Shown piece after piece: positions 1 to 13,486 of a DNA stretch of 64,000 nt (positions within the stretch are counted from its first letter, which is position 1; each line of letters starts with the position of its first letter). The notes beneath the pieces were generated by a model, which saw nothing but the letters and a program-made list of their open reading frames with translations, did not search any database and had not been told where the DNA came from. The position numbers and the translations under genes are program-made. The stretch comes from Octopus vulgaris. Lineage: Eukaryota. The stretch is taken from the NCBI GenBank assembly GCA_951406725.2, contig OX597822.1:19964001-20028000 (forward strand). The letters run 5' to 3'.

Positions 1-2618
1 GCCATCATCAACAACAAATTGTGGTTTGCCCTCAAGAGAGCAGTAGAAGCAGAAGCGATTAGGTACAGCAAAGCACAAGCCATAGATAGAAATAGAATAG
101 AGGGTGAGCTAGTTAAGAAGCTAGAAGAGGCAATTAGAAGCGGCATCGCATCCGACGTTTTGGCGGCGAGGTTGGCTCTCGACCAACACTTCAACGCCAA
201 ACACGAAGGATGTGCTGTCAGAGCTAGGATGCGTGCTCTAAGGAACGAAGGTGTTGGAGCCGCGAGAGAGGCCCGGGTGGCAGAGGCGCAACAGGGCAAC
301 AAAGCCACCATTCAGTCCCTGGTAAATGAACAGGGGCGCGAATTGCTCGAGCCAAGTAAAATGTGTGAGGCCTTTCAGCAGCATTTTGCCCGACTGTTCG
401 GGACGAGTGGAGTGCAAGAACGTAGGGTGGACTTCAGTGCCTACCTACATAGCCTACCACGACTCTCGACAAGAAAGGCAGGGTGCTGCGAAGGTGCCAT
501 CACGGCGGTGGAAGTGCAGGACGTGATGGCAGAATGCTCGAGGGACAAATCACCGGGTTTGGATGGTCTACCCTACGAGCTTTACAATTGTATGCCAGAC
601 TTGTTTGGAGATCTCTTGGCAGCGGTGTACTGCAACTGGCAGCAAAACGGGAGCATTCCTGGTTTTGTGAGCCGAGGAGCCGTAACACTGCTGAAGAAAG
701 ATCTAAACAAGGGAAATGTAATAGATAACTTTAGGCCCATCACTCTGCTTAATGCAGACTTGAAAATTTTGGCCAAGGTGCTAGCCAAGAGGTTGGCGCT
801 TGTCATCGAGAAACTGGTCGACAAGGCGCAAACATGCGCCGTGCCGGGCCGGACCATCCATGACAACCTCCACCTGATGCGCTACATCATAGACAGGGTA
901 GTTAACGAACCTGGCATGGGTGGGGCGCTGATCAATTTGGATCAATCGAAAGCTTTCGATAGGGTGGACCATCGATACTTGGAGGCGGTCCTCAGAGCGG
1001 CTGGCTTCGGTCCCGTCTTCCGCGGCTGGATAGCCGCTTTGTACAGAGGCATCCGTTCGGTAATTCGCGTGAATGGACATCTATCGAGACCCTTCGACAT
1101 CGCACGTTCGGTCCGTCAGGGATGCCCCCTCTCGTCGCTTCTATACGTATTGACTCTCGAGCCATTATTGCGGAAGCTGGCAACATTGAGGGGCATCCCG
1201 CGAGAACTGGGATGCAGGACGAGCGTGTCTGCATACGCGGACGACGTCATCGTCATAGTGTCTAGCCACGAGCACATCGAGCAGGTCGGCGAGACACTGA
1301 AAAACTACGAAGCGCTGACAGGAGCGAAAGTCAACCGGGAAAAGTCAGTGGGCTTGTGACTAGGCACCTGGAGAAGCAAGCCCATGCCGTCCACCAGCGC
1401 CTCCGTCGTGGGACGCTGGACCGACGGCCCGGTTGAGTTGCTCGGGGTCTGGTTCGGTCCGGACCTCCAAGTGGAGAAGAACTGGAACGAGATAACGAGT
1501 AGGGTGGTCACTCTCGCCCGGCAATGGGCCGAGAGGAAACTGTCCCTAAAAGGTCGGGCGGAGGTGGCGAACACGTACATCGCGTCCGTCATCTACTACC
1601 GCCTGACCGTCGTGCCTTGTCCCGACCCTACCATCACCAAACTACATCGCATTCTCTTTCGCTTCTTGTGGAAAGGATGCGTCCCGATGGTCAGGCGATC
1701 TATTTGCTGTCAACACCCGTTAAAAGGAGAACTGGGCATGCCGTGGTTGATGATGCGCAGACACGCGCTGAGACTGCGACATCTCAGGCTCTTCGTAGAC
1801 GACGGTGAACAGGTGTGGTCGCCGTTTGTGAGGCACGCTTTCCCGCAGCTCGTCTCCATGACCGAACTGCAGTCGTGGATCAAAAAGAGGCCGAGGAAGG
1901 GCGAATGGCACCGCGAGTGTCGCGTTGCTCTCAAGCAACTCTGCCGTCCTGGGTCGACCTTGAGTGACTTCAACACAACCAAAGCATTCTATAGGGGATT
2001 AGTGGAGGGGAGGTACGACGACGAGCTCGGGGCGAACCTGGACGTCGACGAGGAGTACCTGACCCGCCTGTTCAGGACGACTTTCGGGCCAGGGCTCATG
2101 GACAACTTCCAGAGATCCCTGGCCTGGCAGTGCTACCGAGAAGCGCTACTCGTTCGGGATAAGCTCTACAGACACGGCTCGAGAAACACGAGGCCGACCT
2201 GCCCGAGATGCGGTCAGAGCGACGAAACCGTTCTGCATGCACTCGTGCAGTGTCCAAAAATTTCCGACCTGTGGGCTTATGTCGAACAACTGCTGTCACG
2301 TGTGGGACGAGTCGGTTTATCAGCTGAGTCTATCGTTAATATTGTCACGCCTCCTTCCTTCAAACGGGAAGGAAGAGCTATTTTCATCATCCTTGTGGCT
2401 ATGGCGAAAGAATGTATCTGGTGGACGCGTTTGAAAGGATTGGAGACAAACACTTTCTTCTCTGGTCAATCTCTCATCAACTTCTTCAAGTACCACTTGA
2501 AAAGGAAAGTGAGAGTAGAGAGGCAAGTTTTGTCTAGCGAATGTTTAAAAAAAGATGGGTGAATGTAGCAAGGATGGCACGTATGAATGATGAAGCCACC
2601 TTGAGCATAATCCTATGA
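1..2618 (+). pseudogene. Tx1/L1-clade non-LTR retrotransposon ORF2, copy 1 (RT + C-terminal CCHC), cut by the window start, disabled
   Basis: RT motifs KSPGLDGL, NFRPITLLNADLKIL, LDQSKAFDRV, VRQGCPLS, YADD; C-terminal CPRC..ETVLHALVQC. In-frame TGA at 1357-1359 where copy 2 has CGG; frameshift near 2550. Confidence 0.95.
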
Positions 2619-3126
2619 ACCCAGAAATTGAAAACAGAGGGTTACCCACTTGCAAACAAATGTGGTAACATATAACAATATTGACCAAGGTTACCGTGGT
2701 CTTTTTCGTAGGCTTTTCTTCCCACGGATAAACCTTACTTGCTTTCCCCTTTACACCATATATCATAACACTGTGATACACGATCCCTATTGATCGTTTT
2801 TTTTTCTCTTCCCCTTTTTTCCCCTTTTTTCTTCTTTTTTCATTTCTCTTTTCTTTTGTTCCTTTTCCTTTTCTTTTTTTTCTTTTTCTTTTTTCTTTTT
2901 TATTTTATTTATTCATTTTTTTTTGTTCTTTTCTTCCCTTTTACGATCCCTCTTGATCGAAAACCTACGCCACCCCTTTTGTTTTTTGTTTTTTTCATCC
3001 CCCAAAAGAAATTGTATTGTAGAACGATGGTCGCGTTCCTTTATCGACCAGCTTTCTCCTAGTCTGGAAACGCTAGGAGAAAAAAAGAATTTATGCACGC
3101 AAAGTGAAATCATCAATGACTTTGCA

Positions 3127-5228
3127 ATGAACGCTGCAACCACTTGTAGTAACAACCCTGTCACCACCACCACCACTAACAAGAACAACAAAGAGACTAC
3201 TACTGTTACCACCACCGCCTTCACCACCCCCACCACCACCGATGCCACCTCATCCACTACCTCAACTACCAACAACAACAACAGTAACAATGACAACAAA
3301 AATAAAAATTGCGCCACCATTTCGACATCTTCTGCCACGGCTATCCCTTCTGCCACCGACACCACCGCCAACACCAACAACAAAAACAACAATAACAACA
3401 ACAACAATTCCGTTCAGACCTGTTTTACTCCAACAACAAGAACTGAAGGGAATAAACAAAAGAATGTGACCACCAAACAAATTGACAAAAGCTGCTTGAA
3501 TACAGGGATAAACTATGCAAGTAATTTTCCACCCCTTCCTACTTGCACAATCAAACCAAATACACCGATTTTACCAACTGCAGCCAACAACAACATCACC
3601 ACCAGCAACAACAATAACAAAACGACAACAAATTTCGCCGAGGCGATAAAAGAAAAAAGACAACAGTATATTTTACTGCACAACAAATAAAAGACACAAA
3701 CATTTTAATAACAGAAGTAGATGGTATAGTAAAAATAAACATATCACAAGAAATATTAGAAGATGAAAAAAAAAGAACAATTATTTATGAAATAATTAAT
3801 AAGAAAACAAAAAGTCCAGAGAAGGCTAACACAAGCAAAATCGAAAAATGCTTGAAACCCATTTGGAACTACAAAGAGTATGTGACCTGGTGGAACAAGT
3901 TCGCACATATACAAGTGGTATTCCACACTGAAGAGTTAGCAAGACGTTTCTCAACGCTAACTCTTCATTCAGATGAGCTTCAACTAACACCAAGCTATCG
4001 TGGACAGAAAGTGACTAAGATCACTTTAAACAATGTCCCAAAAATAGCTAACAATCTATGGCTAGTAAAGGCCTTATGTGTGAAAATGAAAGATTTCACA
4101 ATTTTAGAAACCACGGTCACGGAGCACAAAAACTGGGTGGGAAAAAAAGTAGAATTTCTACTACATATAAACCAAGAGGACATAAAGAAAATACCCACCC
4201 AGATATGTGTATCAGAAGACCACAAGTTGTATGTGGTCGTCGATGGCAGAAGACCACGTTGCTACATATGCGGCAGTGAGCAACACCTGAAAAAAGATTG
4301 CATATCTGCCGCAAGAAAACAACCGCAACAACAACAGCAGCCGGAAAAAACACATAAACCAGCTTTTCTACCCACACCACGTTTTGCACGAACAGGACTA
4401 ATCACAGAAAATCAACAAAAAACAAACCTCACCAACCAAACAACCACACCAACTGCACCAAGAACAGAAGCAACACCACCAACAACAACAACCAAGAATA
4501 AACCAACTCCCAAACCAAGGACATCTGCCAAAAAGACACTCATCGAAAATGAAGAAACAATTACTACTCCAAATCCCCACAAAAGTGACACCCCAAACAA
4601 CACAACAATACCTACAATCACTCAAACACAAAATACCCACACCCCACCTCCAAAACCGCATACACCACAACCTAACGCTCACCAACCAACACCAACAACA
4701 AAATCAACACCGTCTACAATAGACCCCAATATTTTCCCTCTTCCAAGCTCTGATTCTTCTGATTTGTCATTAGACGAAGAAGACACAGAAGATTGGCAAA
4801 TAGCCACAGGGGGGAGAAGAAAAAGGGGAAAAAAAAGAGAAGAAAAGATAACAAACAAAGCAGGAAGATTCACCACTCCCGAAACAAAAACATCCACAGA
4901 AAACAAACACATCAACACAAACACACCATCATCAAACCCCCCAACAATGTTGACAGCCATAAACACAAACAATCACGACCTAAGTGAACACATTAGGTCA
5001 AACACCAACATAACTGAAAACGACATAAAAACAAGTAACCACCCACGCACAACACCACCACAACACATTAAAATAATACACGTAACACAGAACACATACA
5101 GCACCCTGAAATCTCTTTACCCTGATGCAGTAGGGAGATTTCAAAAGTATTCATCAAAGAAACTATACAAAAGCCTCATGGAAGAAGACTGTGAGGTGAA
5201 AAACAAAGGACTTTCGAACAACAAGTAA
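3127..5228 (+). pseudogene. Tx1-like ORF1 (nucleic-acid-binding protein with zinc knuckle), frameshifted near 3690
   Basis: ORFs 2923-3690 and 3852-5228. Knuckle CYICGSEQHLKKDC (CX2CX4HX4C) preceded by V.VDGRRPR; T/N/P-rich low-complexity arms; basic WQ..GGRRKRGKK tail; lies directly upstream of ORF2. Confidence 0.8.
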
Positions 5229-5296
5229 CCTTTTCTCTCTCTCTTTCTTTTTTTGCACTTTCTTTTCGTGTGTAAAACACAATTTTTTATCGGAAC

Positions 5297-8200
5297 ATGC
5301 TCAGAATAGGCAGTATAAATGTACGTGGCTTGTGGTCGCCTTGGAAACAAGGCTACCTGTTAAATGACATCAAGTCACTAAATCTGAATATCATAGCCAT
5401 CAGTGAGACCAGACTCCACAACTTGCGGGCACTCCAGCACAGTTTCGGTATACATTTCAACACTTATTTTTCTCCGTGTCTACCGAGAATGGGCGGAGGT
5501 GGCACCGCGGTGCTTCTCCGGAAGAGTCTGGATCTCAAAGTAAGAGCAATTTTCCTAGACCCGGAGGGTAGGCTGGTCGTTTTGGATGTCGATGGCAGCA
5601 ATGAGTGTGCTTTTCGACTGATAGCAGTTTATGCTCCATCCTTAACAGGCCGACCAGATTTCTTTCGACGTCTAGAGTCTTTCATGGGAACGTCTCGTCC
5701 TTTACTTTTAGTGGGGGATTGGAATGCCACCCTGGACACGCATCTAGACTACGTGGGCAGAGATAGCAATAGAAGGGGATGCAAATGCCTCAAAGACCTG
5801 CTCAGACGTTTCCAACTGTCTGACAGGTACCGACTGGACCACCCGAATGTGCCAATGTGGACATGGAGTAACCGCATCGGATCGTCCAGATCATACTTAG
5901 ATAGAGTATTCTGTAGGACAATAGATAAAAATAGTGTAGGTTGTCCACAATTTCATATAGTCAGTTACACAGATCACAAGTTTGTGACTTGTACACTTGA
6001 CTTAGATAAGACACATAGGCAGGGTCCTGGTTACTGGGAACTGAACGCGTCTTTTACAGCACGACAGGTTTACAGGGACCGGATCAGCACATTAGTTAAG
6101 AGAGCTTTGACGGGTACCATCATCAACAACAGATGGTGGTATGCCCTAAAAAAGCAATTAAAGCAGAATCAGTCAGATACAGTAAAGCCCTAGCATTAGA
6201 CCGAAATAGAATAGAGGGAGAATTAGTTAAGGTTTTAGAAGAGGCACTTAGAACTGGCATCGCGTCCAACGTGCTGGCGGCGAGATTGGCCCTCGACCAA
6301 CACCTCAACGCCAAACACGAGGGATGCGTTGTCAGAGCTAGGATGCGTGCTCTGAGGAACGAAGGAGTTGGAGCCGCCCAAGAGGCCCGAGTGGTGGAGA
6401 CGCAACGAGGCAACAGAGCCACCATCAAGTCTCTTATAGATGAACAGGGGACGCGAATTGCTCGAGCCTAAAAGAATGTGTGGGGCTTTTCAACAACACT
6501 TCACCCAACTGTTTGGGACAAGTGGTGGGTCAGAACGCAGAGTGGACTTTAGTGCCTACCTGCATGCCTTGCCACGACTCTTAGCAAGAGAGGTGGAGTC
6601 TTGTGAAAGGCCTATCACAGCTGCGGACGTACAGGATGCGATGGTAGGCTGCGCGAGAGACAAGTCACCAGGCTTGGATGGTCTGCCCTACGAACTTTAT
6701 TTTCATATGCCAGACTTGTTTGGAGGCGTCTTGGCAGCTGTCTACTGCAACTGGCAGCAAAATGGGAGTATTCCTGCTTTTGTAAAGCGAGGAGCAGTGG
6801 CACTGATTAAGAAAGACCCAAACAAGGGGGACGTCATAGATAATTTCAGGCCCATCACTCTGCTCAACGCAGATTTGAAAATTTTGGCCAAGGTGTTAGC
6901 CGAGAGGTTGGCGCTTGTCATCAAGAAACTAATCGACAAGGCGCAAACATGCGCCGTGCCGGGTAGAAGTATTCATGACAACCTCCATCTGATGCCCTTC
7001 ATCATAGACAGGGTAGTTAAGAATCCTGGCATGGGTGGGGCGCTGATCAATTTGGATCAATCAAAAGCTTTCGATAGGGTAGACCATCACTACTTGGAGG
7101 CTGTCCTTAAAGCGACTGGTTTCGGTCCAGTTTTCCGCGGTTGGATCGCTGCCTTATACAGCGGCATCCGCTCAGTAGTTCGCGTAAATGGTCATCTATC
7201 CAGACCTTTTAACATCATGCGTTCGGTTCGTCAGGGATGCCCCCTCTCATCGCTGCTGTATGTATTGACTCTTGAGCCACTACTGCGGAAACTGGCGACG
7301 CTGAGGGGCATCCCACGAGAGCTGGGATACGGGAGGAGCGTGTCTGCATACGCGGATGACGTCACCGTCATAGTGTCGAGCTACCAGCACATCGAGCTGG
7401 TCGGCGAGACACTAAAAGAATACGAAGCGGTAACGGGAGCAAAAATTAACCGGGAAAAGTCAGTGGGCTTGCGGCTCGGCACCTGGAGAAGCAGGCCCAT
7501 GCCGTCCAACAGCGTCTCCATCGTGGGACGCTGGACGGACGGACCGGTTAAATTGCTCGGGGTCTGGTTCGGTCCGGACCTCCAAATGGAGAAGAACTGG
7601 GGCGAGATAACGACTAGGGTGGCTACTCTCACCCAGAAATGGGCTGAGAGAAAGCTATCCCTAAAAGGTCGGGCGGAGGTGGCGAACGCGTACATCGCAT
7701 CCGTCATCGAGTATCGTCTGACCGGAACGTATACTCTTCCGCTTCTTGTGGAAGGAAAACGTTCCGATGGTTAGGCGATCCATTTGCTGTCAACACCCGC
7801 TAAATGGAGGGCTGGGCATGCCGTGGTTGATGATGCGCAGACATGCGCTGAGACTGCGATATCTCCGGCGCTTCATAGATAACGGTGAACAGGTGTGGTC
7901 GCCTTTTGTGCGGCGCGCTTTCCCGCAGCTCGTCTCCTTGGACGAACTACAATCATGGATCAAGCAGAGACCGAGGCTAGGCGAATAGCACCGCGAGTGT
8001 CGCGTTGCTCTCAAGCAACTCTGCCGTCCGGGATCGAACTTGTGCGACTCCATCACAACAAAGGCATTCTATAGAGGATTAGTGGAGGGGAGGTGCGACG
8101 ACGAACTCGGGCAGAGTCTGGGCGTAGACGAGGAACACCTGACCCGCCTGTTCAGGACAACTTTCGGGCCGGGACCTATGAACAATCACCAAAGATCCCT

Positions 8201-8699
8201 GGCCTGGTAGTGCTATCGAGAAGCATTACCTGTTCGGGATAAGCTCTACAGACACGGTTCCTGACACACTGGACCGACTTGCCCGAGATGCGGTCAGAGC
8301 GACGAAACCGTTCTGCACGCACTCGTGCAATGTCCAACCATTTCAGACCTGTGGGCTTATGCCAAACGGCTGCTGTCACGTGTGGCACGAAACCGCCTAT
8401 CGGCCGAGTCTATCGTAAGGATTGCTCCGCCCCCTTCCCTCAACCGGGAAGGCAAGGCAGTTTTCATCGTACTGGTGGCCATGGTGAAAGAATGTGTGTG
8501 GTGGACCCGAGCGAAAGGATTAGAGACAAACACTTACCTCTCTGGCCAATCGCTCATCAACTTTTTCAAGTACCACTTGAAAAGGAAGGTGAGAATGGAG
8601 AGGGAAGTTTTGTCTCGAGAAAGATTCAAAAAAAGATGGGTGAATGTTGCAAAGATGGTGCGTGCGAGTGACGAAACCATTTTGAGCATGATCCTGTAG
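5297..8699 (+). pseudogene. Tx1-like ORF2 (APE endonuclease - RT - CCHC), several frameshifts/stops
   Basis: APE motifs SINVRGL, ISET, VYAP, GDWN, SYLDRVF, TDH; RT with YADD; frameshifts near 6150 and 6450, deletion near 7725 relative to copy 1, stops near 7987/8208/8262. Confidence 0.95.
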
Positions 8700-8997
8700 A
8701 TCGTAAAAAAGAAAGAAAGAGAGCATTTTGATCTCATGTGATTATTTCCTCCCTGACTGAGGTTCCCGTGGTCTTTTTCTGTAGGCTTTTCTTCCCACGG
8801 ATGAACCCAATCTTGCTTTATCAATGTTTTTATCATTATTTCTGTGATACACGATTTCTTTTCTTTTTTTTCCTCCTCTCGATCCCTTTTGATCGCAATC
8901 TTACATTTATTTTCTTTTTTTCCACCCTCGAAAAGAAAAGCTCTGCATTTGTATTTGTCCCCTCTGTATTCAGCCCTGTGTGGCTAATAAAAGAAAG

Positions 8998-9000
<3 letters not shown>

Positions 9001-9079
<79 letters not shown>

Positions 9080-9147
9080 GTATGTCGGTGTGTGTGTGTG
9101 TCTGTCTGTCAATCTGTCCTTCCGTCCGTCTGTCTGTCTGTCTGTCC

Positions 9148-9227
<80 letters not shown>

Positions 9228-9285
9228 GTATGTCTGTGTGTGTGTGTGTGTCTGTCTGTCAATCTGTCCATCCGTCCGTCCGTTC

Positions 9286-9365
<80 letters not shown>

Positions 9366-9411
9366 GTATGTCTGTGTGTGTGTGTCTGTCTGTCAATCTG
9401 TCCTTCCTTCC

Positions 9412-9504
<93 letters not shown>

Positions 9505-9570
9505 GCTAGCTAGATAGATAGATAGTGTGCGCGCATGTGTGTGTGTGTGTGTGTGTGCGTGTGTGTGTGT
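9001..9570. repeat. Compound microsatellite (TCTA)n/(TG)n/(TCTG)n with three higher-order units
   Basis: Block (TCTA)n-TGTATGTC-(TG)n-TCTGTCTGTCAATCTGTCC-(TCYG)n recurs three times. Confidence 0.95.
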
Positions 9571-9739
9571 AATGTATACGTGTATGAGTATGTATGTGTA
9601 TGTGTCGTATGTTAATAATGATCGACTCTTTCGTCGAAAACGACGTATGAGTGTGCAGTTTTTGACGAACGACCTGCACAAATGGTTTATCTATAGTGAT
9701 AGAATGTATGTGCTGTAGAATAGCTTACTCTCTCCATCA

Positions 9740-9910
9740 AATCGACGTTGCCTGAACAGGTGTACAGTGTACTACGTGCCAGGTTTCGAATTGATCGCAA
9801 AGCAACGTGAGGTAAAGTGTTTTGTTCAGGAACACAACACACCACCCAGTCTAAGAACTGAAACTACGCTTTCGCGATCGCGAGTGCAACACTCTAACCA
9901 CTAGGCCATG
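9740..9910 (-). mobile_element. Degenerate tRNA-derived SINE
   Basis: Minus strand begins CATGGCCTAGTGGTTAGAGTGTTGCACTCGCGATCGCG (A-box-like); resembles 30516-30856. Confidence 0.6.
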
Positions 9911-9979
9911 TACCAAATGTAAATAGAATATTTAGTATGCGTGTAGTCTTTATTTAGTCCGAGAGTAACCCTTATAGAA

Positions 9980-10043
<64 letters not shown>

Positions 10044-10837
10044 GGCATTTTTTTCTCTCTTCTATCTTTTCTCCTTTCAAAGAAAATATTTCTCCCAGCG
10101 TTCACTATTTTGCTCTCGTACTGGTCTAACGACCCTTCATAATACAACATAATACAACAGGGCATTAATCAAAGACATTCTTAGCCGTGTTCCTTTTAAT
10201 AAAACATAATTTATCTTGGTATTGTAATTCGAGAGAAGTAGTTGCGATTTTTTGCTATTTTTACAGGTAGCTACCCAGTTGGTTGGTATGCTGAATTCTT
10301 TGAACCTGCACGCTAAGGTTACACATTTCTGTTAAATGCGTACAACAATGGAGGGACTGCGTGGCAGTGTGGTTAAAAAGTTAGTTTGGCCACTATGAGG
10401 TCCCGAGTTGAATCACTTGTCACAGATATCGTCACAATCATTCGTCTTGACAGTTATGTTAAGGGTATATGTGTTTGTGGAATACTCAACCACTTACATT
10501 AAAATTAAATGAATAGAATTTTCAGTTGATTAAGCAAAATTGAATACGGCTTGTTGAAACCGACGAGAGGTTTCAAGGAGGAGAAATTAGTGTGTGTGTG
10601 AGTGTGTGTGTGTGTGTATTATTATATGAAAGCATCTCTCTCTCCTTATGTATATTACCATTAGATCGCTAGCCACTACACATTCTTTATTTTCTCTCCT
10701 TGTTTCTTTCTGTATTCCTTTCTGTGGAAGAGCGTGGGCTCGAAACGTTAAAGACTTTTTCACTTCCCGAGCGTTATACTAATACATCTCTTTGTTGTCT
10801 ACACCACCTGTCTTAGTCGTTTGTTTTTGTGAATTCT

Positions 10838-10916
<79 letters not shown>

Positions 10917-10919
<3 letters not shown>

Positions 10920-11430
10920 CTTAGAATAACTTAGAAAGGTTTTGGCCAGTATTGGCCCAGGCCATGTCTAACTTAATAGCATCACCTGGCGAAGTCTTTC
11001 AATTCAGGATTTAGTCACCGAGGCCCATTCGAGCAGAGAGTTATTGTTTGCGGAGACATATCCGGGTGTGGGTGGTTTGTCCGGGACTGTTTGAAGGAAT
11101 TTGTCCAAAGACTTCTTGAATTTTGTGTGGTCAGTTTCTTTTTTGACGTGTCCTGGTGTAATGTTGAAGAGAGCGGGTCCAATTAAGGTGAAATAATTGT
11201 GCCGTATTGTCGTTATGTGATGCAATTTAGATTTTTGTTGTGGACGGATGGCACGTGGTCCAAGCCTTGGATGTATTTTGATGGTGATGCCAACATCATT
11301 CGGACAGTGCTGATGGAATATTTTCCACATCATACAGATAATGTAGCGTTCACGGCGTCGTTGGAGTGAATACAGTAGTCAAGGTCTGACATGCCATCTA
11401 TCTTTTTTGTGATTGACCTTTGGGGAGCTT
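10917..11430 (-). mobile_element. 3' end of a CR1/L2-group LINE (ORF2 C-terminus + 3'UTR)
   Basis: Minus strand reads SLQRRRERYIICMMWKI...GPALFN..P...FKKSLDKFLQTVPDKP; ends in a short tandem tail (TTCTAAGTTA) next to (TA)n. A short copy of the same 3'UTR lies at about 15705-15750. Confidence 0.75.
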
Positions 11431-11630
11431 ACAAAAAAGGAAAATGTCTCTTACATTTGAAATCTATATGAAACATTAAAACAAACAAAACAAAATATTT
11501 CATTTAATTTTTCCACAATTTGTTTTTCATGCTTTACTCTAAGTTGAAACAGTTGCAAAGACTAAAACCGGTACTAAAATGTTCTTCATGATAAAATCAT
11601 TTTAACATTTTCGACCTTGTCTTATTTTCC

Positions 11631-11739
<109 letters not shown>

Positions 11740-11894
11740 AATATATGAACTCATTTACGCACATATCTATGCATAATACACACACACACATATAAGTAAA
11801 TGTATGTATGTATAGATGTTTGTGTGTAAATGTCTGCTTGTAGGTGCATGTAACATATATACGTATATATGTATATGCATATATCTATATGTAT

Positions 11895-11939
<45 letters not shown>

Positions 11940-13019
11940 ATTGTGTGTGTGTGTTGAAGATTGCTAAAGCAAGTTTGGTGCAGATAGTTACCAGGCACTT
12001 CTCAAATAAATCCGAAACTGAAATTCTAACACCCACATCCAGGGCAGAAAGCTGTGACATAGGAAGTCGGCTATAAGAACGATCTTTATTGAGCGGGTAT
12101 GGAAGCAAAAAAGATAGATAAACAAACGTAAGCGTAAGGAGTATAATTACATGAAAATATTATATATGAATAAATGAATGATATAAACACGTCTTATCTT
12201 TACAGCTGTTTTGGGTAAACAATGGCTTCTGCAATAACCACGTGTATTATGTAATGAGGTCCAATAATATTGCTGGCGTATGAATTAGCACAGATTTTGA
12301 GACACCCTGATGCAAAGTCATGTAATCCCACCAGAAAACTGGCAATTAGCTTAATAGAGAACATATATATATATATATATATATATTATAAGTTCAACAG
12401 GCAACGAAATAAGAAGAGTGGAGAACATCAATGGAAAGATACGATGGAAGGATAATAGGGGTAGTGCTCAAGTTAAGTTAGTAATTAAAGAACGTCAGTT
12501 AATAACACTAAGAAAAAAAAAGATATAAAATTGGCAATAAAAGAAGGAAAGTAGGCTAGATCAAAGGAAAGTCAGTGTCTGGCGAAGAAGAAATTAAAAG
12601 TGAGAAATAAAAAAGAAATTTGATGGGTGATCGATACAGATGCGCAAGTAGACGCATAATATGCGGTAAATTATCATCGGTAACGGAGAATAGAAAAGAC
12701 TGTAAAGAAGACGATAACGAGGTGTCCGTCGTACCGAGGACACGGGTGAGCAAAATTGGGGAGGGAATAGATGTAAGGCGCGCTGGTGAGAGAAAGAAGA
12801 AAAACTTGAAAACCCTGTTTGGTGTTAAATTTAGCGGTACAACTGTACAACAGTAAAGGGGGCGGAATCATTGTGGAGGGTAGAGTAGAAAGGCGTGCTT
12901 AATTAGTTCGGTTAGAACATAAAGACTTATGGTAATGAGAGAACATTTTGATGTGTTTATGGTAGCACATGGTAATTACATCAGCAAAGCGAATAAGGAA
13001 GGAAATCTCATTGTGACGT

Positions 13020-13344
13020 AATCTTCTGAGGTACGCGCGGCAATATAAATTACAAATCCTAAGCTTCCAATGCACGGAATTTCACTACTAAGTTTGGACC
13101 AGGAAACGTTATAAGAATACTCTCAGCTTTATGTAGTAGATGTGGGTGACCAGGGAAGCAGATCGTTTTCTACTAATATCTGATAAAGAGCTTGTGCAAG
13201 ATAGCTGCGCTTAAATACGATCGTTGTACCAATGTAAATTCTGGCGGAGTGGTCCCATGCGATGGTAAAGGTATATTTAGATACAACGTGATAGCATAAA
13301 TAATTGCCCTTCAGAGGGCAAATATAAGGCACACTGACACGCAT
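13020..13344 (-). pseudogene. Penelope-like GIY-YIG endonuclease relic
   Basis: Minus ORF CPLKGNYLCYHVVSKY...IYIGTTIVFKR resembles the PLE pattern CPLxGxCL..VVYK...YIGxT..FKxR. Confidence 0.55.
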
Positions 13345-13486
13345 TATGAGCGACTCATTATTAGTCGCATCGGGGTCTGCGAAGTTTGTTAGTCCTGTGA
13401 TTGGTATTGAGTATTACTGACACCGTTATTAGGATGGAGGCATATATAGTTGATAACATATATATAATCATTGTTATTACACATAA

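Larger units (their letters stand above)
3020..9000 (+). mobile_element. Apparently full-length Tx1/L1-clade LINE, copy 2 (5'UTR, ORF1, ORF2, 3'UTR)
   Basis: ORF1-ORF2 layout; 3'UTR homologous to that of copy 1, ending AATAAA (8986-8991) just before (TCTA)n. 5' boundary approximate. Confidence 0.88.

Noticed and set aside
326-8836. Alternative-frame and antisense ORFs over the Tx1 elements
   Set aside because: Shadows of GC-richer or low-complexity LINE coding sequence.
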